Source of the DNA: an uncultured Syntrophomonadaceae bacterium
Lineage (GTDB): Bacteria; Bacillota; Dethiobacteria; DTU022
Assembly: GCA_964485855.1 (NCBI GenBank)
Contig: CAZAKI010000004.1
Span: forward strand, 2,343-66,342
DNA: 64,000 nucleotides
Reading direction: 5' to 3'
Each line of letters starts with the position of its first letter. The stretch's first letter is position 1. The notes beneath the pieces were generated by a model, which searched no databases, was not told the origin of the DNA, and saw only the letters and a list, made by a program, of their open reading frames with translations. The position numbers and the translations under genes are program-made. This document shows positions 18,112 through 26,507 of the stretch, piece by piece.

Positions 18112-19763
18112 CCTCCCTGGAAAGTATTCTCCTGATTTCCTGCATGTAGTTTCTTAAGCTGGTGAAGTACTGTGGCGGCTGCAATACGTCCGGAAATAAT
18201 TGAGGGAGCATAACCATGCCCCATCGAGGCAAAACCACCAACAAATTCTAGTCCTTTAATATATTTTTCGTGATGTAAATTCATCGAACGAGCAACAACT
18301 GAATCCCAGGGATCCTGCTCATAGCCGTACATCACTCCGCGATAAGCTCCTGTATAGCGATGAAAGGTTTGTGGAGTTGCTATTTCAATCTCTTCAATAT
18401 ACTTATCTAGTGGCACGCCAAGGTATTGACTCATCTTTTCAATCATCCCTTGAGCAACACGGGTTTTAGTTTCAATATAGTTGGCCGGAGTAATGTTTTT
18501 CCAGACATCCGACCCAACCAAGCTGGTACTGGACAAAATAGTCGTCCCCGGAGGCGAGCAGCTTGGATTAGCTCTATTCAGGCAGATAACAGCTTGCATC
18601 TCCTGCGCCTCGATACAGAAAAAATTACGGTATGCTTTCTCGGTATCCATAGCAGAACCGATAAAGTAGCCATAGCTATTCAGGTTCAAATCATCAGGAG
18701 AACGATTCAACCCCAAATAGACAACAACAGCACTGGTTCCCAGCTTGCGTGCGTTTGTGTTCTTTAATGCAGCTTCTGGAACAGCTCCGTGCGGATGAAT
18801 CAGCTTTCCGTATACCAGGTGTGGCGAAAGGTTTGCAACTACAAACGGCGCCTTAAATGTTTCACCGGCAGCTGTTTCCACGCCAACTGCCCTTCCTCCT
18901 TCGACAAGTATTTTGGTTATTTCAGTGTTGAAATATAGCTGGCATCCAAGTTCCCTTAATTTCTTTTCCATGGCCGTAGCGAGACCATGTGAATTGAGCC
19001 TGGGAATATAGGCTCCCCTGTTCAAGTAACTATAAAGCATTACGGCAAATATGGTAAAACTTAAGCGGCTGACCGGCACTCCAAGGTAACACCAGTAAGG
19101 GTAGATCATCTGTAAAACCCTTGAATTAAAATTGAATCTACCCACTACATCCGCGACAGTATAACCGGCAGTCGCTACAAAAGAAGGATATTGTTCAAGC
19201 AGTTTATTTAAGTCTGGAGCACCCCTGATACTGCCCAAGTAACTAAGGGCTCTTGAAACCTCCTGGCAAACAGCAAGAAACTTTTGCAAATCGGAGCGAC
19301 AGCCGGGTTCACTTTTCGCTACAGCTTCAATATAATTGTCAATCCCAAAGGGCAGGCTGATATCAATATTATCTTCACTTAGGATCAAGTGGTAAGCTTC
19401 CGGAACCGGGATGAAATCTATATTCATTTTTAATTCGTCTTCAAAATAGCGACGAACTGCTCCTTTTTTTTCCGGTGAGCCGATATCAGAAAGCTCATGC
19501 AACGACACTTCAAATTCAAAACGTCCCCGCACAAAGCTGGTGGCAAATCCTCCAGGCAGATTATGTTTTTCCAACAGTAAGATCTTCGCTCCATCGTTGG
19601 CCAATTTAAGTGCCGCTGACAGACCGCCAAGTCCAGCGCCAATTACCAGGGCATCATAGATTTCATCTTTATTGATTGCCGGTGCGGCTACGTCTTGTTT
19701 CATTTTTTTCACCTCGTCGGTCCATTGATCAAAATGTTTATAGGAATAATCAAGCTGCAGCAA
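18102..19763 (-). CDS. FAD-dependent oxidoreductase, phytoene desaturase (CrtI) / amine-oxidase superfamily
   Basis: 553 aa with N-terminal DALVIGAGLGGLSAALKLANDGAKILLLEKHNLPGG dinucleotide-binding motif typical of CrtI-family enzymes. It overlaps the start of the reductase gene by 10 nt. Confidence 0.75.
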   Translation of the reverse strand: MLQLDYSYKHFDQWTDEVKKMKQDVAAPAINKDEIYDALVIGAGLGGLSAALKLANDGAKILLLEKHNLPGGFATSFVRGRFEFEVSLHELSDIGSPEKKGAVRRYFEDELKMNIDFIPVPEAYHLILSEDNIDISLPFGIDNYIEAVAKSEPGCRSDLQKFLAVCQEVSRALSYLGSIRGAPDLNKLLEQYPSFVATAGYTVADVVGRFNFNSRVLQMIYPYWCYLGVPVSRLSFTIFAVMLYSYLNRGAYIPRLNSHGLATAMEKKLRELGCQLYFNTEITKILVEGGRAVGVETAAGETFKAPFVVANLSPHLVYGKLIHPHGAVPEAALKNTNARKLGTSAVVVYLGLNRSPDDLNLNSYGYFIGSAMDTEKAYRNFFCIEAQEMQAVICLNRANPSCSPPGTTILSSTSLVGSDVWKNITPANYIETKTRVAQGMIEKMSQYLGVPLDKYIEEIEIATPQTFHRYTGAYRGVMYGYEQDPWDSVVARSMNLHHEKYIKGLEFVGGFASMGHGYAPSIISGRIAAATVLHQLKKLHAGNQENTFQGGCS

Positions 19764-19829
19764 AGCAAACAGAAGTTGTTTCTGTATTTAATGCTGCAGC
19801 TTAAGGTAGAATAATTTCAGTTTTTTTAT

Positions 19830-20615
19830 TTAGCGACCTTTAAAAACTGGTTTGCGCTTCTCCAAAAACGCAATGACTCCTTCCCGGTGATCCTCAGTTT
19901 GAAAACAGACACTTTGGGCATATATTTCTAGTTCCATGACCTGGTCCAAGCTTAAACTGCTGCTGGCATTAAGAATCTCTTTGGCCTGGGCCAGGGCAAC
20001 AGCAGGTCCTTCAGCCAACTGGGCAGCTAAGGCTATTGTTTTATCAAGCAAATCTTCATCGGCAAAAAGATCGTTAACAATTCCGACGCGTTTGGCCTCG
20101 GAAGCGCTGATGTTGCTGCCGGAAAAAACCAATTCTTTCGCTTTCTGTAATCCCACCAACCGCGGAAGGAAATAGAGAGCGCCACAATCCGGTATGGCCC
20201 CGACTTTAACAAAGGCCATGCCAAATTTGGCTGACTCGGCGGCATAGATCAGGTCACACATCAGGGCCAAAGAAAATCCGGCGCCAACAGCATAACCATT
20301 TACCGCAGCGAGGACAGGTTTTCCTACCCTGGTAAGTTCAAGGATCTGCCCGTAACCATCTTTTAACCACTGCCGGCCTTCAACCAGTTCAAATCCCTGC
20401 ATCAGGCGGCTTAAATCACCTCCTGAAGAAAATACTTTTCCGGTGCCGGTCAAGACGATCGCGCCAATGTCGGGATCCGCACCGGCATGACGAACTGCAT
20501 CAACTAAATCTTTCGCCAGGGCAGCCTCGAGAGCATTCATCATTTCCGGCCTGTTCAGACGAATCAGGGCAACCCGTTTATCAACTTCATAGATGATCGT
20601 TTCATAGTCTTTCAA
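19830..20615 (-). CDS. Enoyl-CoA hydratase/isomerase (crotonase family)
   Basis: Crotonase fold motifs (ALIRLNRPE…GGDL). The preferred start is the TTG at 20615, 9 nt after GAGGTG, giving MKDYETIIYEVD…. The track start at 20684 overlaps the upstream thiolase gene by 56 nt. Confidence 0.75.
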   Translation of the reverse strand: MKDYETIIYEVDKRVALIRLNRPEMMNALEAALAKDLVDAVRHAGADPDIGAIVLTGTGKVFSSGGDLSRLMQGFELVEGRQWLKDGYGQILELTRVGKPVLAAVNGYAVGAGFSLALMCDLIYAAESAKFGMAFVKVGAIPDCGALYFLPRLVGLQKAKELVFSGSNISASEAKRVGIVNDLFADEDLLDKTIALAAQLAEGPAVALAQAKEILNASSSLSLDQVMELEIYAQSVCFQTEDHREGVIAFLEKRKPVFKGR

Positions 20616-20628
20616 GCGATTCACCACC

Positions 20629-21834
20629 TCATTCTTTACCAAGGATACAGATACTGCAAACATTTTGTGAAGGAACACCGCCAAGATTGTGGCTAAGTCC
20701 CATTTTAGGGTCTTTAACCAGGCGATCTTCAGGCCAGCGTCTGAGCAATTGGTTATAAAGCTCGTAAATCATCCGTAAGCCTGAAGCGCCGATCGGGTGA
20801 CCGAAGCACTTTAATCCTCCGTCAGGCTGACAAGCCACCTGACCGTCAAGATCATAAAAGCCACTAAGGATATCATCGGGAGCTTTTCCGGGTGGCGAAA
20901 TCTGCAAATCTTCCATGGTAACCATTTCGGTAATTGAAAAACAATCATGGACTTCAATCATCCCAATCTCTTCCCGCGGTTTTTTTATTCCCGCTTCAGC
21001 ATAGGCTTTTTCCGCGGCATGCTGGGTAGTCATCAATCCGCTGCCGTCCCATTGATTGAAAATTAGCTCTTCGCCTGAACTGACCGATATCTGCAGTGCT
21101 TTAACCAATACTAACTCTTGGTTTGGTTTCAGTTTCCTGGCAATCTCAGGAGTTGTAACAATTGCCATCGCTGATCCGTCACTGACCCCACAGCAGTCAA
21201 AAAGACCAAGCGGGTAAGCAACAAATGGCGATTCACAAATCTGGACAGTCGAAACTTCTTTGCGCAAGTGGGCCTTCGGATTCTTAACACCATTTTGATG
21301 ACTTTTCCAAGAAATATGGGTAATCGCCTCTTTGATTTTATCCATCGGGATACCATACTTTGCCGAATATGCTGTAGCTAACTGGGCAAACATTCCCGGA
21401 GCTGTGGCATTGGGACTCAGTAAACGTGATAACTGACCAAAAATAGGTGAATCGGGCAATCCACCGTAACCGATATCTTTCAGTTTCTCAACCCCGGCAG
21501 CCAAAACGATATCGTAAGCGCCGGAGGCAACAGCATAGCAGGCCCCGCGGAAGGCTTCAGTTCCGGAAGCACAAAAATTTTCCACTCGCGTAACCGGTAT
21601 AAAGGGCAGATGCAGAGCATTGGACAGGTAACAACCTCCCTTGCCAATGCTGATTTCGTCGATATGATTACCAATCCAGGCTGCATCGATATCTTTTTTT
21701 TCAATCCCGGCGTCTTCTAAGCATTCAAGAAAAGCTTCAAGCAAAAGGTCAACGGAATCATCTTCCCAGCGTTCACCAAAAACAGAGCAACCCATACCGA
21801 GAACTGCTACTTTATCCCTGATTCCATCAGCCAT
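20629..21834 (-). CDS. SCP-x/non-classical thiolase-family protein (archaeal-type/lipid-transfer-protein-type thiolase)
   Basis: 401 aa with a thiolase fold but no classical thiolase II motifs. It resembles the SCP2-type thiolases that partner with DUF35 proteins, and overlaps the upstream DUF35-fusion gene by 8 nt. Confidence 0.75.
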   Translation of the reverse strand: MADGIRDKVAVLGMGCSVFGERWEDDSVDLLLEAFLECLEDAGIEKKDIDAAWIGNHIDEISIGKGGCYLSNALHLPFIPVTRVENFCASGTEAFRGACYAVASGAYDIVLAAGVEKLKDIGYGGLPDSPIFGQLSRLLSPNATAPGMFAQLATAYSAKYGIPMDKIKEAITHISWKSHQNGVKNPKAHLRKEVSTVQICESPFVAYPLGLFDCCGVSDGSAMAIVTTPEIARKLKPNQELVLVKALQISVSSGEELIFNQWDGSGLMTTQHAAEKAYAEAGIKKPREEIGMIEVHDCFSITEMVTMEDLQISPPGKAPDDILSGFYDLDGQVACQPDGGLKCFGHPIGASGLRMIYELYNQLLRRWPEDRLVKDPKMGLSHNLGGVPSQNVCSICILGKE

Positions 21835-23293
21835 CTGTAGGCACCTCCTTCACCGGGACCGCCTTCCAAAAATAAAATGTTGTGTCCCGCTTGGAATCAA
21901 AGTATTTGATCCGAAATGAAAAGCGCACATCCATCCCCACCTGTAAGTCATCGAGGACACAATCGGTGAAATCCATCATGCAACGTCCTCCGTGCTCAAA
22001 ATCAACATTACCATAAATTGCCGGGGGATTAATCGTGGCAGCCAACAGATCGGAAGTAAAACTGACGATTTTTCCCTTCTTGGTTGCCAGGATTACCTTC
22101 TCCATCCGATCAACGGCTCCGCAGTCAGGGTTAACACAAACTCGTTGAGGCGGGTACTGCTGCGTGCCACATTCTAAGCAGCGGCTGCCCTGCAAACTTA
22201 AAATCGCCTTGCGACTGCGCCAGACCAAGGACCAGCGGGTTAGTCGTTCTTCTTCCCCGCGCATCCCGATTTCTAATGGCAGCATGTCGCGCCAGGAGAG
22301 ATACTTATAGAGACTATCAAGTTCCTGTTGGTTTTTAATTGAATCAGTTACTCTTAATCTGTCGTGATATGTACTAATCGCTTCGGTGACTTCAAAGATT
22401 AGGGCATCGCAACCATTACCGTAACTTAAAACCAAAAGGCGTTCTCCCGGGACGGCGTCTTCCAGGGCTTTTGCCAGCATCAACAAGGGATGAGCCGAAC
22501 CGGTATCACCAACATCCATCATCAGATCATCCTGTACCTGTTCGGGAGTAAGCCCCAATTTACGATTAATATTTTTTCTTGCCCCACCATAATAACAGGG
22601 ATAAATTACTTTATGAAAATCAGAGACTTCAAGATCAAATTTTCTGCAGATCCCCTGAATCGCTTCTGGAATCAGGCGATCGTAGCCAAGATCCCTAATC
22701 CAACGTTCTTCCCATTGGCGATCATATTTCGAATTTGCACCACGTAGGTGATCAACAAAGTCGCACGAAAGTGAATAGGATCCTTTAAAAATAGCAATCG
22801 GATCCTTTCCACCGACCATAATCGCTGCTCCGCCATCGGCAAAAACCATTTCCTGGACCGAACCAACCTTACCCATGCGGCAATCTGCAGCACAGGCAAG
22901 AGCCTCTTTTCCCTTTTCTGCTGCTGAATATTCGAGGGCTGCTAGCAGAGCTGCCGTTCCCGATTTTACTGAGCCGGCAAAATCAGCAGTTCTAATTTCT
23001 TCTTCAGCGGCAAGAGCTCCAGCAACAATATTTGCATTTTGTCTTTCTTTATAAGGTGCAGTTGTCGAAGCAAAATATACTGCTCCCAAATCCTGCGGAT
23101 TAAAACCACGCAGGCAGCGAGACCCTGCCGCCACAGCCATCGTGATGGCATCTTCATCACAATTGGCTACCGACTTATCACCAGCCGCATTCATGATAAT
23201 GGCCGGATTAAACCACCCAATAGCACTAAAAATCGTCATCCGGTTAAGTCGGTAACGGGGGATATACCCTGCATAAGAACATATTCCAACCAA
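21827..23293 (-). CDS. HMG-CoA-synthase/KAS-III-like condensing-enzyme domain fused to a C-terminal DUF35 (Zn-ribbon + OB-fold) domain
   Basis: N-terminal VGICSYAGYIPRYRL and catalytic Cys/His context match HMGCS-like enzymes. The C-terminal CLECG…C…C Zn-ribbon with an OB-fold is DUF35. The preferred start is the TTG at 23293 after AAAGGAG; the track start overlaps maoC by 83 nt. Confidence 0.7.
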   Translation of the reverse strand: MVGICSYAGYIPRYRLNRMTIFSAIGWFNPAIIMNAAGDKSVANCDEDAITMAVAAGSRCLRGFNPQDLGAVYFASTTAPYKERQNANIVAGALAAEEEIRTADFAGSVKSGTAALLAALEYSAAEKGKEALACAADCRMGKVGSVQEMVFADGGAAIMVGGKDPIAIFKGSYSLSCDFVDHLRGANSKYDRQWEERWIRDLGYDRLIPEAIQGICRKFDLEVSDFHKVIYPCYYGGARKNINRKLGLTPEQVQDDLMMDVGDTGSAHPLLMLAKALEDAVPGERLLVLSYGNGCDALIFEVTEAISTYHDRLRVTDSIKNQQELDSLYKYLSWRDMLPLEIGMRGEEERLTRWSLVWRSRKAILSLQGSRCLECGTQQYPPQRVCVNPDCGAVDRMEKVILATKKGKIVSFTSDLLAATINPPAIYGNVDFEHGGRCMMDFTDCVLDDLQVGMDVRFSFRIKYFDSKRDTTFYFWKAVPVKEVPTDG

Positions 23294-23318
23294 TTGTCGA
23301 TCGCTCCTTTCTCCAATT

Positions 23319-24164
23319 CTATGGGTTAAGCCAGACTGATGCGTTAGTAAGGCAATACTCTCCACGTTCAGCTGTTTTCGACCGGATGATGATCTGATCA
23401 TCTTTTTCCTGCCACATTTCGGTCACAATGGTTTCACCTGGATAGACATGACGAGAAAACCGGACTTTTATCGCCTTAAATTTTTTTGGATCATTGGCGC
23501 AGTACTCCTGTAAAACCGCTCTGCCGGCAAAACCAAAGGTGCAGAGTCCATGCAAAATCGGCCGGTCAAAACCGCCCATCGCGGCAAAGTTAGGATCGGC
23601 ATGCAGTGGATTAAAATCTCCAGACAACCGATACAACAAAGCCTGCTGGCGTATAGTTTTCATCGCAACTACCTTGTCCGGTTCTCTTTCTGGTGGATCA
23701 AAACAGGGATCGGGACCGCGTTCTCCACCAAACCCCCCTTCGCCACGGATAAAAGTGCTGAAGCGGTTCTTGAAAATATCAACTCCTTTGGAGTTTTTAG
23801 TGATAACATCTATTTCCACTAAAGCTCCCTTGACCTTGTCATAAATCGCCGCGATTTTCGGATAAGAGATTAGAGTTCCTTCACTGGGTATCGGTTGGTA
23901 GAGTTCCAGATACTGTTCACCGTGCAGCAGCATTGCCAGGTTAAAATCCATCCCCTCCATGCCCACAATACTGAATAAGGCACCAAAGGGCGGAACTACC
24001 CCATAGGTTGGAATTACCTCCAATTCACTCTCATATACAAATTTAAGCTCATCGGGTTCAGCACCGGCACCGATTCCCAAAGCATAAAGGATAACATCCT
24101 TTGTAGAATACTTATACTCTAATGAAGTTAACTCTTTTCCCACCAGATTCGGATCTATTGGCAT
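23319..24164 (-). CDS. MaoC-like (R)-specific enoyl-CoA hydratase with tandem hot-dog folds (MFE-2 hydratase-2 type)
   Basis: 281 aa. N-terminal PIDPNLVGKEL…YALGIGAG matches the hydratase-2 N-terminal hot dog, and a MaoC motif lies in the C-terminal half. Confidence 0.8.
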   Translation of the reverse strand: MPIDPNLVGKELTSLEYKYSTKDVILYALGIGAGAEPDELKFVYESELEVIPTYGVVPPFGALFSIVGMEGMDFNLAMLLHGEQYLELYQPIPSEGTLISYPKIAAIYDKVKGALVEIDVITKNSKGVDIFKNRFSTFIRGEGGFGGERGPDPCFDPPEREPDKVVAMKTIRQQALLYRLSGDFNPLHADPNFAAMGGFDRPILHGLCTFGFAGRAVLQEYCANDPKKFKAIKVRFSRHVYPGETIVTEMWQEKDDQIIIRSKTAERGEYCLTNASVWLNP

Positions 24165-24211
24165 TCAAATACCCCCTTTCATCGCTGACACATATTGATA
24201 CTGCCTTCGGG

Positions 24212-25123
24212 TCAGTCCATACTCATCTTAGATAGGACAGTTCCAGCTTGTTCCATAGCTGAAGCATATTCACGTCCACCTTCAAGGTTCATAATCTGAT
24301 CAAGTTTCTCAACAACCATTTCAACTGTTATTTCTTTGTTTGAATCAAAGACTACCCCGGGACCTTCGACAATAGCTGCCCGGCTGAAATATCCTCCCCC
24401 GGCACTAAACATTCTGGCAGTCTCAGTACAGTTTTCCGAACAAAGCCAGGCAACAATCGGAGCCACATATTCCGGCTTGACCTTGCCGATTACATCTTCA
24501 GGCATGACGGTAAAGGTAAGCCTGGTTCCGGCAGTCGGCACTATAGTATTAGCCTTGATATTGTAACGGTTGCCTTCCTGGGCAACGCAGTTCATCATCC
24601 CAGCAATACCCATTTTTGCAGCACCGTAATTCACCTGACCAAAGTTACCGTATAAACCTGCAGCCGAAGCTGTGGAAACAATCCGTCCGTAGGTTTGCGC
24701 TTTCATCTGGGCAAAGGCGGCCTTGGTACAGAAAAATGTTCCATCCAAGTGAACTGATATAATCTTCCGGTAGTCTTCCAGTTCCATTTTCAATAAGCTC
24801 TTGTCCCTTAAAATACCGGCATTGTTAACCAAGATATCGATCCGGCCGTAATTATCGACAGCGGTCTTGATAATTTTTTGTGCACTTTCCCATTCGGCCA
24901 CACTATCATAACTGGCAAGAGCATCACCACCAGCAGCTTTAATTTCATCGACTACCTGCTGGGCCGGAGTGGTATCTGACCCACTGCCGTCAAAAGTACC
25001 TCCTAAATCGTTAACCACAACTTTGGCACCCCGCGAAGCTAGGAGTAGAGCATAAGCCTTGCCCAATCCACCACCGGCACCGGTCACTACAGCGACTTTA
25101 TCGTCAAACCTGATTTCAGACAT
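24212..25123 (-). CDS. SDR-family 3-hydroxyacyl-CoA dehydrogenase (MFE-2 dehydrogenase-domain type)
   Basis: 303 aa. VAVVTGAGGGLGKAYALLLASRGAKVVVNDLGG is the MFE-2/HSD17B4-like SDR N-terminus. A YxxxK catalytic motif is present. Confidence 0.85.
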   Translation of the reverse strand: MSEIRFDDKVAVVTGAGGGLGKAYALLLASRGAKVVVNDLGGTFDGSGSDTTPAQQVVDEIKAAGGDALASYDSVAEWESAQKIIKTAVDNYGRIDILVNNAGILRDKSLLKMELEDYRKIISVHLDGTFFCTKAAFAQMKAQTYGRIVSTASAAGLYGNFGQVNYGAAKMGIAGMMNCVAQEGNRYNIKANTIVPTAGTRLTFTVMPEDVIGKVKPEYVAPIVAWLCSENCTETARMFSAGGGYFSRAAIVEGPGVVFDSNKEITVEMVVEKLDQIMNLEGGREYASAMEQAGTVLSKMSMD

Positions 25124-25180
25124 TTTTGAATAACCTCCTTGAATAGACTAGATATTTTAAGTTTATTGCTTTGAATGCGT

Positions 25181-25216
25181 TTAATCAATATTTTTAATCA
25201 ATTATATATTTTGATA
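25181..25216. promoter_or_regulatory. Candidate operator: direct repeat TTAATCAAT(x2) and inverted repeat AATCAA-N9-TTGATA in the divergent regulator/beta-oxidation intergenic region
   Basis: Visible dyad and direct repeats lie in the 196-bp AT-rich region between the SDR gene (minus strand) and the MerR-TetR regulator gene (plus strand). Confidence 0.35.
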
Positions 25217-25319
25217 ATAAATCCTGAAGTCACAATCATTTTTCACTTAGAAATAAAGGATATATTTAACTAGCGTATAATATTCATATAAAGATCTTTC
25301 TATCCTCGGAGGATTTCGC

Positions 25320-26192
25320 ATGGAATTATCACCGGAAGAAAAAGTGATGCGCATTGGCCAACTAGCGAAAAAAACAGGAATCAGCAAGCAATTGATCCAT
25401 TATTATCTACGGATGGATTACCTGCATAAACCGGTCTATAAAAAAGGAAATCAGGCCTATTATGATCAGAGTCATCTAGAACGTCTGCGATTTTTGAAAA
25501 AATGCAATGAGGAAGCTATCCCCCTGTCCTACGCCTCAGCTATATGGGAACGTAAAACAAAACATTCTCCGGCCCAAAAAATCAAGCGCATACCTAAAGA
25601 TTATTCTGAATCAAGAACAAAAGATCAGATTATCCGTGACGCTTCCCAATTATTCTTACAAAAAGGTTACAGCAACACTACTATTGCTGAAATTATGGAA
25701 AGAGTAGGTATTACTAAGCCATCATTTTATTATTACTATAGGAACAAAAAAGACCTTTACTTGGCCTGCCTGGACAGCATTTTTGAAGCATTTTCAAAAA
25801 AAGCTCTTGACAGCATCAGGAAAGAAAAAACGCCGCTTGGTCGGCTAGAACAGCGTTGGAAGGCTGGCCATGGCCATTCAAAAAGAGTATTAACGTCGAT
25901 CAATTTGCTAAAAGAATCATTACGCCAGGAAGATGCGGAAGAACGTTTGCGGGCAGAAGAAATTTTAAGAAAAGCATGGGTCGATCCACTAACCAGGGAT
26001 CTGGAAAGAGGGATTAAAAGTGGAGTAATTCGGAACATAAACAGCGAGATCGCCAGTTTTACCCTTATTTCAATGCTCGATACATTTTCTTACCGCGAGA
26101 TATTAGACAAAAAATTCGGATCCGCACTGGTGTTGGAAACTGTTTATGATCTTGTTCTACATGGTCTACTACAAGCAAATTCAGAGGGATAG
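25320..26192 (+). CDS. Chimeric transcriptional regulator: N-terminal MerR-type HTH fused to a TetR-type HTH plus TetR C-terminal ligand-binding domain
   Basis: 290 aa. Residues ~9-75 (MRIGQLAKKTGISKQLIHYYLRMDYL…) are MerR-like. Residues ~100-150 (…SNTTIAEIMERVGITKPSFYYYYRNKKDLY) are a TetR HTH, followed by a helical TetR-like C-terminal domain. Confidence 0.75.
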   Translation: MELSPEEKVMRIGQLAKKTGISKQLIHYYLRMDYLHKPVYKKGNQAYYDQSHLERLRFLKKCNEEAIPLSYASAIWERKTKHSPAQKIKRIPKDYSESRTKDQIIRDASQLFLQKGYSNTTIAEIMERVGITKPSFYYYYRNKKDLYLACLDSIFEAFSKKALDSIRKEKTPLGRLEQRWKAGHGHSKRVLTSINLLKESLRQEDAEERLRAEEILRKAWVDPLTRDLERGIKSGVIRNINSEIASFTLISMLDTFSYREILDKKFGSALVLETVYDLVLHGLLQANSEG

Positions 26193-26307
26193 TTTAATAA
26201 ATTTTGATAGTTCATTCTTGTTTCGCCATTTTTCTTTAACCGCTTATATTTAAAACTGTCTCTAACCAGGTTCGGGTGCTTTTTTCTTAAGAACTTTCTT
26301 CAGCAAT

Positions 26308-26341
26308 AAAAAAACGGGGCTAGGAAACCCCGTCTTATTTT
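26308..26341. terminator. Rho-independent terminator hairpin (ACGGGGCTAGGAAACCCCGT) between the regulator gene and tRNA-Leu; usable in both directions
   Basis: A 7-bp GC-rich stem is flanked by an A-run on one side and a T-rich stretch on the other. Confidence 0.7.
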
Positions 26342-26343
26342 GC

Positions 26344-26430
26344 TGGTGCGAGCGAGAGGACTTGAACCTCCACGGGCGTTAAGCCCACTAGGTCCTGAAC
26401 CTAGCGCGTCTGCCATTCCGCCACGCTCGC
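26344..26430 (-). tRNA. tRNA-Leu (anticodon CAG)
   Basis: Reverse complement GCGAGCGTGGCGGAATGGCAGACGCGCTAGGTTCAGGACCTAGTGGGCTTAACGCCCGTGGAGGTTCAAGTCCTCTCGCTCGCACCA folds as a cloverleaf with a long variable arm, anticodon loop TTCAGGA, and an encoded CCA. Confidence 0.9.
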
Positions 26431-26507
26431 CTGTTATTCCTGCCCTGTTATTATAACTACTCTGCAATGGCTAATCAAGTAGCTAATAAAATTTTCTTCC
26501 CTTCTAA

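Noticed and set aside
18405-18430. TGGCAC motif suggesting a sigma-54 (-24/-12) promoter; also a similar motif at 38941-38960
   Set aside because: The -12 element (TTGC) is absent at the correct 5-nt spacing in both cases, and the first lies inside a coding region. No convincing sigma-54 promoter was found for the CBS/PAS activator encoded at 54764-56878.
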